64,000 nt of DNA from assembly GCF_009834535.1 (NCBI RefSeq), contig NC_045705.1, forward strand, positions 34,348,001 through 34,412,000, in the 5' to 3' direction. Positions within the stretch are counted from its first letter, which is position 1, and every line of letters begins with the position of its first letter. The DNA is from Camelus ferus. Lineage: Eukaryota. The notes beneath the pieces are model-generated. The model was not told where the DNA came from and did not search any database. It worked only from the letters and a program-made list of their open reading frames with translations. Position numbers and translations under genes: made by a program. Positions 24,863-35,539 of this stretch are shown here, piece after piece.

Positions 24863-25807
24863 ATGGGCCAGAGCAACCACACCGGCGTGAAGGAATTTGT
24901 CTTCCTGGAACTCACTCACTTCCGGGAACTGGAGTTTTTCTTGTTTGTGGTCTTCCTTGCTGTGTATGTAACAACCGTGCTGGGCAATGCCCTCATTGTG
25001 GTGACCATCACCTGTGAGTCCCGCCTCCACACTCCCATGTACTTTCTCCTGCGGAACAAGTCAGTCCTAGATATTGTTTTCACATCTGTCACTGTTCCCA
25101 AGTTCCTGGTGGATCTTCTATCAGAGAGGAAAACCATCTCCTACAATGGCTGCATGGCACAGATATTTTTCTTCCACTTTGTTGGTGGAGCAGATATTTT
25201 TTTTCTCTCTGTGATGGCCTATGACAGATACCTTGCAATCTCCAAACCCCTGCATTATGTGACCATTATGAGGAGAGAGATGTGGGTGGCCTTGGTGGTG
25301 GCTTCCTGGGTAGGTGGTGGTTTGCACTCCATTGTCCAGATAATTCTGATGCTTCCACTTTCCTTCTGTGGCCCCAACATCCTGGACGCCCTCTACTGTG
25401 ATGTGCCCCAGGTGGTTAAGCTGGCCTGCACTGACACCTTTGCTCTGCAGCTTCTCATGATCTCTAACAATGGGCTGGTGACCCTGCTGTGGTTCCTCCT
25501 GCTCCTGGGGTCCTATACCGTCATTCTGGTGATGCTGAGAGCTCACTCTGGGGAGGGTTGGAACAAAGCCCTCTCCACCTGCACCTCCCACATCCTCGTG
25601 GTGACTCTTCACTTTGTGCCCTGTGTTTACATCTACTGCCGGCCCTTCACTATGCTGCCCATGGACACAGCTGTGTCCATCAACAACACGGTCATCACCC
25701 CCATGCTAAACCCCATGATCTACACCCTGAGGAACCAGGAGATGAAGTCAGCCATGAGGAGACTGCAGAGGAGGCTTGGGCCTGTTGAGAGCGAGAAACT
25801 GGGATGA
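24863..25807 (+). CDS. OR4D6: Olfactory receptor family 4D, open frame, 314 aa (OR4D6 orthologue); in-frame upstream ATG at 24845
   Basis: Diagnostic [24 protein letters not shown] and [14 protein letters not shown]-type motifs, plus MAYDRY and KALSTCTSH. Confidence 0.92.
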   Translation: MGQSNHTGVKEFVFLELTHFRELEFFLFVVFLAVYVTTVLGNALIVVTITCESRLHTPMYFLLRNKSVLDIVFTSVTVPKFLVDLLSERKTISYNGCMAQIFFFHFVGGADIFFLSVMAYDRYLAISKPLHYVTIMRREMWVALVVASWVGGGLHSIVQIILMLPLSFCGPNILDALYCDVPQVVKLACTDTFALQLLMISNNGLVTLLWFLLLLGSYTVILVMLRAHSGEGWNKALSTCTSHILVVTLHFVPCVYIYCRPFTMLPMDTAVSINNTVITPMLNPMIYTLRNQEMKSAMRRLQRRLGPVESEKLG

Positions 25808-27084
25808 GCAGTCAGATTGAGACTGGACATTTATTTTGAGTTGGTTTTCTCAAACCACTGCCCTAAGGGTAAGAGGCAGCTAACTCTTTCTCCACAGTCA
25901 TTTCTGTATATCCCCAGAGCCACGAAACTCTATTAGAGAGGCTGTGAGAACAAAAGGAAGAGGTGAGATTGAACATCAGCCATCAGGCTTGCGGTCCGGG
26001 GAGAAGTAGGGGTCTGAGGTTGAAATCAATAACCTAAATGCTATTTTGGTGGATCTGTGGCCCTCATGCTACTTTCACCACCTGTGATGTGGGAATAGCC
26101 TTGTCTCCTGACAAGGTTGTCATGAGAATGAAACATTGAGAGGATTACAGTTGCATAGGTTAGCACCACTCCTGGCATTAATGAGGCATATAATCAATGC
26201 CCCCTATTATCCACACCTCTGTTCCTATATGTGCATATATACAGATATGGATATATTTATTCCACACATTCTCTCCCTAGTGACTGTTATTTTCAGTTGA
26301 TTATTAAAATCACTTCTTGATTTAATGCTGTAAGTACAGAATCTCTGATACATTTCACTAATTACTGAAAAGAGAAGGACTAGTTTAAGTTGTGTCAAGT
26401 CTGATATATCTATAAACAAATCTATACAAGAACCAAGTATTTCCTATTCTCAAGTCTTTTCTACTTTTTTGCCCACTGAGATTAATATCAAAAGGACTTG
26501 TCCAGTGGGGGGATGTATCTGCACAAAGTGCCCATTTCTTTTATGTCAACCTGAAGTTCCTTCTTTCCTCTATCCCCTCGTCCTATTTCACCCCTGGCTT
26601 TTAGAGCTGGAGCAAAACTGTAGTTTTGATCTATGTATGTATAGACAACTCAAGACACATCATTGTAGTACAAAAAAAATTACCTAAGAAGTAACTTTTC
26701 ACACACTCAAGACCCATTTTCTGTACCAGGAGAGAAAAGAAACATACTGTATGAAGGGTCATTTAGGACTAGAGACTGAATCTGTGTTATAATCCACCTC
26801 TCTCCCAAGAGAAGGAATCCAAGAAAAAGAAAAAAGAAAAAGAATAAATCTCCTTTCTCTCTCTATGCTCACCTCAAATTCCACGCTTCTGCCTTCAATA
26901 GTTTTTTCAAAAATTGGCCAAGAGGAATAAAGAAGTTGAGGAAATTGCAACATACAGAACAATTTTTTTAAAATGTTATGAGGGGTTAATATTTAGCTGA
27001 AAAGGTCCTTTTGGTGACACACATCTGTGATCTTCTCTGAGTCTTACAAGACAAAGAAACTGGGCCAAGACTCTAAATCATAGA

Positions 27085-27305
27085 CCAGTGCTTCGAAAGC
27101 TTTTTAAAATTATTGCCCCCCCAAAAGAGTTATTAGATATTTTTCCTAATTGCTCTCCCTCACGAAAATTTATTACCAAAATATATTGTATATACTTTTG
27201 TGTACTGAGGTTCTCTAAAGAAGCACACATCATTGTAATATCTAAGTTTTTTGGCCCCTCAAGAACCAAATTTTGCTCCCTTGGACATAAAGCCTACATT
27301 GAGAA
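27085..27305. mobile_element. hAT-Charlie-like DNA transposon relic
   Basis: Terminal cagtgcttcgaaagctttt and ttgagaatgaatg resemble Charlie-type ends; family not determined. Confidence 0.45.
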
Positions 27306-27429
27306 TGAATGATCACATGATATGAAATGTCTGTATAAATGTTTCTTCAAAACTGAGAGAATCATAGAATATGCAGATATATGTCTTCTAGAACCGTACA
27401 AGGAAGGCATAGAAATGTGAGTATGTTTA

Positions 27430-27433
<4 letters not shown>

Positions 27434-27468
<35 letters not shown>
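27434..27468. repeat. (TG)17 microsatellite just 5' of module 2
   Basis: Directly visible. Confidence 0.97.
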
Positions 27469-27472
<4 letters not shown>

Positions 27473-27494
27473 GCATGCAATAATGACTTAGAAG

Positions 27495-27852
27495 CTGTTT
27501 AATAACCCCCACTGGAACTCCAACACTAGCAGAAGAATGTCCATCCTCTTTTCACACTCACATTCAGTAAAATCCCCTTTGCTAATTCCCATATTAGGCT
27601 TGCACCTTGGGGATTAGTGAGCATAGCAGGGACACTTTGGGACAAGCAGAAGAGCTATGATGATGTAACTCCCCACGTCTGCCTTTTCCAACATGAAGGT
27701 TGAAGAGAAGACACTGAAGTCCAGTATAACTAATCTTCACAAGAACTTCACCTCTAACGTGCTAGTTCTTCAGCATCACATACACTGAGGCCCAGCTACC
27801 CAGTCTCAGAAGGTGTAAATTCCTGGTTGGATACTGAAGGATTTAGGTAAGA
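27495..27852 (+). promoter_or_regulatory. Candidate promoter and first exon of the OR4D-like gene at 31.5 kb (module 2)
   Basis: TAATAA-C-CCCCACTGGA at 27500-27516, AATCCCCTTTGCTAATTCCCATATTAGGCTTG, GCCTTTTCCAACATGAAGG, donor TTTAG|GTAAGA at 27847. Confidence 0.65.
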
Positions 27853-28469
27853 ACAGTAAACCATCAGAACATGAGACATTGTGGATCATACATGAATAGT
27901 ATGAGCATGAAAAATATACCTGGTGTGTAAGATGCTGCAAAGAGAGCTGAAACAACAGAAAACAAAGTGGATGTTAAATATTGGGAAAGGAGGAATGTCT
28001 TCCTAAGGAAAAGGGGCTACAGAGATGGGGTCAGGGTGGTACAAGAGAAAGCAGCTTGCATTTGATGGAACAACTGAGTTGTGTATAAGAAGCAGATTTT
28101 GTTCCAGCTTAGGGTTTGCCTGAGGGAATCACAGAACCTCTTTCCACAAGATGGGTGCTTCCTCAAAAAACATGATTTTAACCCCAGATTCCCTTAAAAA
28201 CTATGCAGGTTTCAAAAGCAGCCCCACACCTGTACATGACTTACTGGGCCTCTTGCCTTTGATCCAGAGCCAATCTCAGCCCCAAATCCAACCATCCAGC
28301 ACGGAATCCTCGGGTCCACTTGGTTAATTCACACCAGCTCATTGGAACAAAAATGAGCAAGTTGGCTAAAAGAGAAGCTGTCCTTCTACTGAATAGCACT
28401 TTACATTCTGCAAATGTTCTCATAAATAACCCTTCAGGACAGACACTTTTTTCTTCAGAGGAATGAAAG

Positions 28470-28800
28470 GGAAGCGAGTTAATTGAATGCCTACTATGTG
28501 CTGGACACTTTACCAGTGCGATTATAGTTGCTCCTAATGCTACCTAATGAAGCGAGTGCTGTGCCTCCCAGTTTACAGAGGAGGAAACTAAAGGAAAATA
28601 AAGGACTTGCTTCAAGTAACAAAGAAGGAAGAGGCAGAATTCCAGCCCTGGGGTGCCTCCAGACCTCTTAACATCGTCCTACAGGGCATCTCACTAGACG
28701 CTACATCACACTAGGCTGTTCCCACATTTTACAGCTAAGCACCTGAGGCACAGAGAGGCTGCACAACTTCCTCAGGGTCGCAAAGCTATTTTAAAGCCTG
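28470..28800 (-). mobile_element. Two adjacent MIR fragments
   Basis: gtttacagaggaggaaactaaagg; ttttacagctaagcacctgaggcacagagaggctg. Confidence 0.65.
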
Positions 28801-28949
28801 GATCAGAAAGCAAACCTCTATCTGGCATCCCTGAGGCCAAGTCAGAGACATTTACAAAAGGGTCTCTTAGCTTATGTTTGTCAACATCCTTCTCACTTAT
28901 TCAAACTCCAACGCCAATGCCTGTGTAATGTACACTCGCCAGCGAAGTT

Positions 28950-29700
28950 TATTCATTAATTTTTTTAAAAAACATTTATTGAGCACCTAATATGTGCCCC
29001 AGGTGAAGCAAATCTTTGATTACATTAGGATGAATGAAATAGTGAGTGGACAGGATGAACTTGAGGTATTGCAGGGAAATTACAGTGAACCAAGGAGAGA
29101 CAGACATATGAGAAATTAGATGAAATAAACTGTAATAGGTGCCAGAAGTCTATGCAGGGGATTGTGAGTCATAAAAGGATATCAGGAAAGTTTCCACAGA
29201 GGAGGAGACTCTGAACCTGAGTGTTAGGAGATCAATGTTCATCAAAGAGGAGACCCTGCGGGTGGGGAGGACATGGTAGGTGGAGAAAGCAGCAGGAACA
29301 CAAATCCAAAGGCATGGGCCAGCAAGGATTTGCATAACATCTGAAGACCTGAAACAGGATCAAAGGAAACAGGGCACCAGATAATATTCAAGATGGAGAA
29401 AAGTCTTGAATGCTGTAAGAGGAGTTCTATCTTTATTCTGTAGGCAGTGGGGAACCATTGAAAAGTTTCAAACAAAGGAACAGATGGTTCCATTTGTGAC
29501 TTATTAATATACTTTTGGAAACAACAGAGAGGATGAATTAGAGAACACCACACCAAAGAAAAGACCAGTTAGGAAATTCTTGCAACAATCTAAGAAGAAA
29601 TGAAATCGGTCTAACTGAGGATGAAGCAAAGGGGATACATTGAGAGACAGGTAGAAAGTAGATTCCTCAGAAGAGATTTGACACAATGTCCAGGTTGCTG
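28950..29700 (-). mobile_element. L2 LINE fragment
   Basis: aaacatttattgagcacctaatatgtgcc...ttattctgtaggcagtggggaaccattgaaaagtttcaaacaaagg. Confidence 0.75.
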
Positions 29701-30754
29701 GCAATGTAGGTGCTTCAGGTAAGTCTTTTGGATAAAATGTGCTAACCTAGCAATACATGCTGTGGAGGTGACCATGTCCATAAAGACGGAATAAACTGGG
29801 GAAACAAAACAAGTAACCATATCCTCCAGAGCAAATGAGAGGCGACATTTGTCTTCTGCTTATTTATCCACATAATTTCTCAAGACTCTGAAAGCTTGTT
29901 TCTACACAAGCCAAGCACAATGCTTCCCAGCTGGGCACTGATCGAAGGACCATCTATCTACATGGTGGTTTCAGATAACTCAGATGTTAAGCTGAGGATT
30001 CCTTTTTTTTCTCTAACTCTTGAGTTAACCTTATTTTTTTCAACTGCTGCCACCATCATAAGTCTACTTAGAAATATGTATGGGGCTAAAAGTCAAAGAT
30101 TGATTTCACCACTAGCTTCCTGTGTGACCTTTCACATGTCACTTAAGCATCTTCCGGAATTTGATTTTTCCTAGATTAATATTCAAGCATTAAAAGGCTG
30201 GCTAATCCTGACTCACATGGGCAAAATAGAATGAACTGAAAATTCTCTCAGTTGGATCTGCCCCTTCCTCCCCAACAAGGACTGTACAGTAAGAGGACCA
30301 GCAGGCCTCCAGGAACAGGGAGCTGCCATTGCTTCCGTCCTGTGTTAGCTCGCACTCCATCAGGAAATGCAAATAGCAAGCTCATCAGAAGCTGCTTAAG
30401 TTTATAGGAAGGGCGCAGGAGGAAATCTGCATTTACCTGCCTCCATCACTGTGATATCTTTGCATTTCATGCCCTTCCTCTATATAGGCATGCCCGGAAC
30501 ATTTGCTGTCTGCTTTGTGAACAGAACTATCTCCATCACCGTCCTTATCATCTTCTTTGTGTTAAACTCCAACCCCTGAAATGAAATTTAAAAATTAAAG
30601 AGACATCACTTCTGAAAGGTAGTAGAAGGGGCGTTGTCTGAAATTCCATGGTGATGGGGAGTGGAAATCAAAGGGGTGATGAAACTCAGCACTGACGGTG
30701 CTAGAAAAATTCTGTAAAGAGTACCTTATGCAAATTATTGTAGGATTTATGTAT

Positions 30755-30985
30755 CCTGAAACTGGCAGACAGTGTGGTATTGTGGAAAGATCCTAGTACT
30801 AAGAGACAGAAGAAATTTGTGTTCCTTTCTCTCTGCCACTGATTTTCTGTGTGACCTTGGAAGATTGACTTACCTGGATGGAGTTCAGTTTCAGTATTAT
30901 TGAACTAGGCATGACTGCACCTCCTTCCCCTCTAGCCTCCGAGGGAAGTTAGGAAAATTTATTGAAATGAGGTGCACAGTCGCTT
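30755..30985 (+). mobile_element. MIR SINE
   Basis: cagtgtggtattgtggaaag...tctctgccactgattttctgtgtgaccttgg. Confidence 0.6.
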
Positions 30986-31531
30986 TTAAAGCTATAAATT
31001 GACACAACATTGTAAACTGACTCTACTTCAATAAAAATATAATACGTAAAAAATATAATATGTTATTGAAGTTGATCCGTATCATGTTGTTACAGAAAGG
31101 CATTTGAGGGTTGATTTACTCTAACGGCTTTTAAGTCTAATGGCTTTTAAGCCATAGGAACAAAGTGGAATGTGAATAAAATCACAGTTGCTCTGATTCA
31201 CAAAGGCACAGGGAACCCACAACTGCTTCCACAAAACCTTCCTTAAGTTCTCTTCCTCGGCAACTTCTAGAGGTGGACTCTATCAGAAGCCAAAGGTCCC
31301 CATCAAGCTCAGTAAGGAAATGACCCTACAACTTGTACTAACCAGGGAGTGAAACAAGAGGAACTGAGGGATTTCTCCAGTTAACACAGCAAGTTCATGA
31401 AGAATAAGATACATGAGTTTTTGAATGATGTGTGTTCAATTTCTGTATGAGACAAACCTTTGCTTGATTTCATTGCCTCAGTAATATTATTATTTCGTTC
31501 AAAGCTGCACATGGAGAAAGGAATTCTTCCA

Positions 31532-32467
31532 ATGGCCTTGAGAAATCATACCAGGGTGTCTGAATTTATTTTTCGTGGACTGACCCAGTCTCAAGAACTG
31601 AGCTTGCTCTTATTTTTCTTTTTAGCTATAGTTTATGTAACAACTGTGTTAGCAAATATTGCCATCATGGTCACCGTGACCTGTGACTCTCGCCTTCACA
31701 CCCCCATGTATTTTTTGCTCCGTAATTTGTCTATTGCCGATATCTGCTTTTCCTCCATCACAGCTCCCAAGGTTCTGGTGGACCTTCTGCGACAGAGTAA
31801 GACCATCTCCTTCAATGGCTGCTTCGCCCAGATGTTTTTCTTCCATCTTATTGGAGGGGTGGATGTATTTTCTCTGTCACTGATGGCCTTAGATCGGTAT
31901 GTGGCCATCTCTAAGCCCCTGCACTATGTGACCATCATGAATAGAGGCTGCTGCGTTGGGTTNNNNNNNNNNNNNNNNNNNNNNNNNNNNNNNNNNNNNN
32001 NNNNNNNNNNNNNNNNNNNNNNNNNNNNNNNNNNNNNNNNNNNNNNNNNNNNNNNNNNNNNNNNNNNNNNNNNNNNNNNNNNNNNNNNNNNNNNNNNNNN
32101 TGACATTTTTATGCTTGAGCTGCTGATGATTTCCAACAATGGACTGCTCACCACACTGTGGTTTCTCCTCCTCCTGGTGTCCTATACAGTCATATTATTA
32201 TTACTGAGGTCTCAAGCAGGGGAGGGCAGGAGGAAAGCCATCTCCACCTGCACGGCCCACATCACGGTGGTGACCCTGCACTTTGTGCCCTGCATCTACG
32301 TCTATGCCCGGCCCTTCACTGCCCTCCCCACTGATAAGACCATATCTGTCACCTTCACCATCATCATCCCTGTCCTGAACCCCATGATCTACACCCTGAG
32401 GAACAATGAGATGAAGTCAGCCATGAAAAGACTGAAGAGAAGACTCACGCGTTCTGAGAAGGAATAA
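31532..32467 (+). CDS. OR4D-family olfactory receptor, probably intact (311 aa if the 138-N gap is real length); OR4D10-like core with distinct ends; alternative in-frame ATG at 31511
   Basis: [50 protein letters not shown]. The frame is kept across the gap at 31963-32100. Orthology is uncertain, so no symbol is given. Confidence 0.8.
   Translation: MALRNHTRVSEFIFRGLTQSQELSLLLFFFLAIVYVTTVLANIAIMVTVTCDSRLHTPMYFLLRNLSIADICFSSITAPKVLVDLLRQSKTISFNGCFAQMFFFHLIGGVDVFSLSLMALDRYVAISKPLHYVTIMNRGCCVGXXXXXXXXXXXXXXXXXXXXXXXXXXXXXXXXXXXXXXXXXXXXXXXDIFMLELLMISNNGLLTTLWFLLLLVSYTVILLLLRSQAGEGRRKAISTCTAHITVVTLHFVPCIYVYARPFTALPTDKTISVTFTIIIPVLNPMIYTLRNNEMKSAMKRLKRRLTRSEKE
31963..32100. other. Assembly gap (138 N) inside OR CDS
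   Basis: Run of N. Confidence 1.
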
Positions 32468-33522
32468 TCTCATTATAGAGTGTGGATCAAGATGCAAGTA
32501 TATGATGAACTATTTTCTTAAAATATTAGCTGAGATATATTGGGGCTCAACCATACATAGACAATTAGCTGTACCAGGATGGCACAGACAAAAAGGACCA
32601 GGATCTTGGAACACTGGTGTTAAAAAGGAACACCAGCAGGAAGTTACACAAAAAGAGCAGAGTCCTTACAGAGCAACTGACAGCAAGCAGAACACAAATG
32701 TGAACTATAATAGAACCTGGGTGTCCAGGCAACAGAGTAAAGACTAGTACTGCATTGTCCAGGCATGCAGCAGGCAGCAGGGACACCTATCTCAACACAG
32801 CAGGGATCCAGTGGCTAGGTCCCAGTTCAACAATAGACTATGATTATTAACTAATCATATGCTATGTATGAAACACTGTCTGCAAACATTCTTCACTATC
32901 ACTTCTGTCCTGTCAGCAACTTTGGACTGTCTGCTTAATTAACTCACCTATAAAATACACCAGCACCTTCTGCCACAACCATTCAGGAAATGTAAAGTCT
33001 TGGTTTTTAAGAGTTTCCATTGCCTTTCACGCCCTGTGACTTTGTCAGAACTGAATGTGACCTGGAACTTACACAGGCTGATTTTGTAAACCCTTGGTAT
33101 GTACGTGACTACAGAAATGTTAAGAATCTGGAACCACCAACTTTGGCATAAGCTTGTTTGACTGCTTGAAAAAAGAAAAATCTATATCCAACCCAAAGAA
33201 TACTTTTATTTTTCTTATGTGTACTTCTTTATCATTTCCTTATCACCGCGTATTTTAAAACCCCATAAAACTTCAAATTAGTAGATTGAATTCTCTTTTA
33301 TATTCCCAGTGTCTAGAATAGTGCCTGACCGATAAATATGTTTCAAATATGTAGAAAGGAATGGAATGAATGTATGTAAGAAGATGACACCAAATTCGAC
33401 TGGATCTTAGATTTTTAGTATTTAAAATTGACTTTACTTCTTGAACAGATACTTCTTCACGGAAGCCAAAGGAAATGGAAATGATCAAATCAGAGTGTAC
33501 TACAATCTGAAACTCTAGGCTT

Positions 33523-33870
33523 TATACAGGACCACATTCCCTTATTTTAATTTATTGGGACCAGATAGGTTTCGCAATTTCAAATTTCTTCAATTTTAGA
33601 AAGATAACACAGTGCATGTATTTTCTACTACATCATTTTTCTCACTGGAAGCACCTGATACCCAAACATTTTAATCAATTTCTGCAATAAAGTATGTGAA
33701 TATTCCCACTAAGTGCAATCAATAAAAACTACACATGGCCTCATATTAATTCAAATCAAATGTTGCGACACAAAATTGGTTCAGGTCAGATCAGATTTAC
33801 TACCAAATGACTTTCTAAAAATCAGCATTCTGAGTTTGGAGATTTCAGAATGACTGGCAACAAATACAGA
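33523..33870. mobile_element. Possible Tigger-type DNA transposon relic
   Basis: tacaggaccacattccctt...gggaccagataggtttcgcaatttc...gttcaggtcagatcagatttactaccaaatga; family uncertain. Confidence 0.4.
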
Positions 33871-33887
33871 AATTGAGTAAGAGAGGA

Positions 33888-34325
33888 TTATAGTAGGCAA
33901 GATATTTACATCCTAATCCCCAGAATCTGAGTGTGTAGTGTGTTACATGGCAAAGGAAATTAAGGTTGCAAATGGAAGTTTGCTAAGGATCTCATCTTCA
34001 AATAGGGAGGTTATCCTGGATCATCTGAGGAAGCCCAATGTAATCACCAAGGTCTCTAAAAGTAGAAGAGAAAGACAGGAGCGAAGGCTGGAGTAATAAA
34101 TACAATATGAGAAGAATTTGGTTTTAAAGATGGAAGGGCCCACAACCAAGGAATGTGGCCAGCTTCTAGAAGCTAGATATACCAAGGTAATGGACTCTCC
34201 CCTAGAGACTCCAAAAAGACCTATGTCAGATTTCTGATCTACAGAATTGTCAGATAATAAATTTATGTTGTTTTAAGCCACTAAGTGTGTGGTGATTTTG
34301 TTACAGCAGCCACAGGACACTCGTG
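33888..34325 (+). mobile_element. MaLR solo LTR (MLT1-type)
   Basis: acatcctaatccccagaatctg...gcccaatgtaatcacc...gccagcttctagaagctag...taaatttatgttgttttaagccactaag. Confidence 0.85.
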
Positions 34326-35013
34326 CAAGGGTGGTGCCTCAGTTGGAGATGAAGAGGCTGTGGGAGCCAAAAAGGAAAAGGAAGAGAAAGACAGATGCAA
34401 GGAAAAGAGGCTGGGGTAGGGAGGGGGACCAACCAAGGGACGGTGGCCACATGGTTCTCCCAAGAGCCAAGGACTAAGCACCACACTCATGCACAAACCT
34501 CAAGTCCAAGTGCATGGGCTGGAGAAGCCAGCCCTAAGCCATCACCACTTTATGGACTCTGTGTAGGATGGAATGGGGCATTCGAATCTGAAGTAGAGGT
34601 CTAATTGAACACTCGCCGAAATTCTACGAGTAGTTAACAGTGAGATCATGTCATACCAAGTGAATTTTTCCTATACTCCATGAAATGAGACACAGGGATG
34701 GAATTTCAAGTATTTTGTACAGAAACTATATTCACCATATTTTAATTGAAAATATCATCCAGTTTATAACAGCTACGTAGTTAAAAAAAAGAATTGCTAC
34801 TACATAACATGTACTCATTGATGATAAGACGCATCTTAATTTCAGGAACATCTAAATTTGAAGGAAAGAAAAATATCATCTTAGAATTTAAGAAACTCGA
34901 TATTTAAAAATATAAGATAATCAGTCCCTGTCTCACACACTTACACACTTACACACACACTTTTCCAAAGAGAAATGTAAAAGGCAAACAAGTTTTATTT
35001 TGTCAACCTTATG

Positions 35014-35162
35014 TTTTTTGTTTGCTTTTTTAAAAATTTTTATTCTTTGGGGGATGGTAATTGGATATTTATTTACTTATTTTAACAGAGGCACTAGGGA
35101 TTGAACCTAGGACCTTGTACATATTAGGCATGCACTCTACCACTGAGCTACACCCTGCCCCC
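35014..35162 (-). mobile_element. Vic-1-type SINE with TSD
   Basis: gggattgaacctaggacc...ctctaccactgagctacaccc. Flanks aaccttatgtttt (35005) and aaccctatgtttt (35163). Confidence 0.9.
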
Positions 35163-35539
35163 AACCCTATGTTTTAGGAGCACATAAAACTACCATCAAT
35201 TCACTGGTACTAAACAGACTTTTTATAACTAAATTTTGACCATCTGTAACACATTTTTATTTATATGCAGTTCATTCATTTCTTGGTATTAAAGGAAACT
35301 TTGAAACTCCAATTTTTCTTCACTTTAGGGGACCAAAGATACTGCTACTACATTTCCTCATTTTGGAAGTAATGAAAGTATTTCTCTTATCTCATGGGAA
35401 GCTGATAAGATACTTGCTTCTAGGAATCATCCTTTTGTTCCCCAAAGACCCAGGCACATTCAAGAGTTATACTTCTTTGGTTGAATACATAAACAAATAC
35501 ACCCTACAGACTTGGAGCTTATTAAGGAAAAGAAGAAAA

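Noticed and set aside
25121-25612. 163-aa antisense ORF, with similar ones at 51409-51882, 61066-61437 and 7799-8002
   Set aside because: These are mirror frames of OR CDSs. Their similarity to each other follows from sense-strand conservation, and there is no independent sign of coding.
31121-31152. 16-bp tandem duplication CTAAYGGCTTTTAAG
   Set aside because: A single slippage event with no evidence of function.
32790-33270. Possible LTR-like element 3' of the 31.5-kb OR
   Set aside because: I could not define its termini, TSD or family with confidence.
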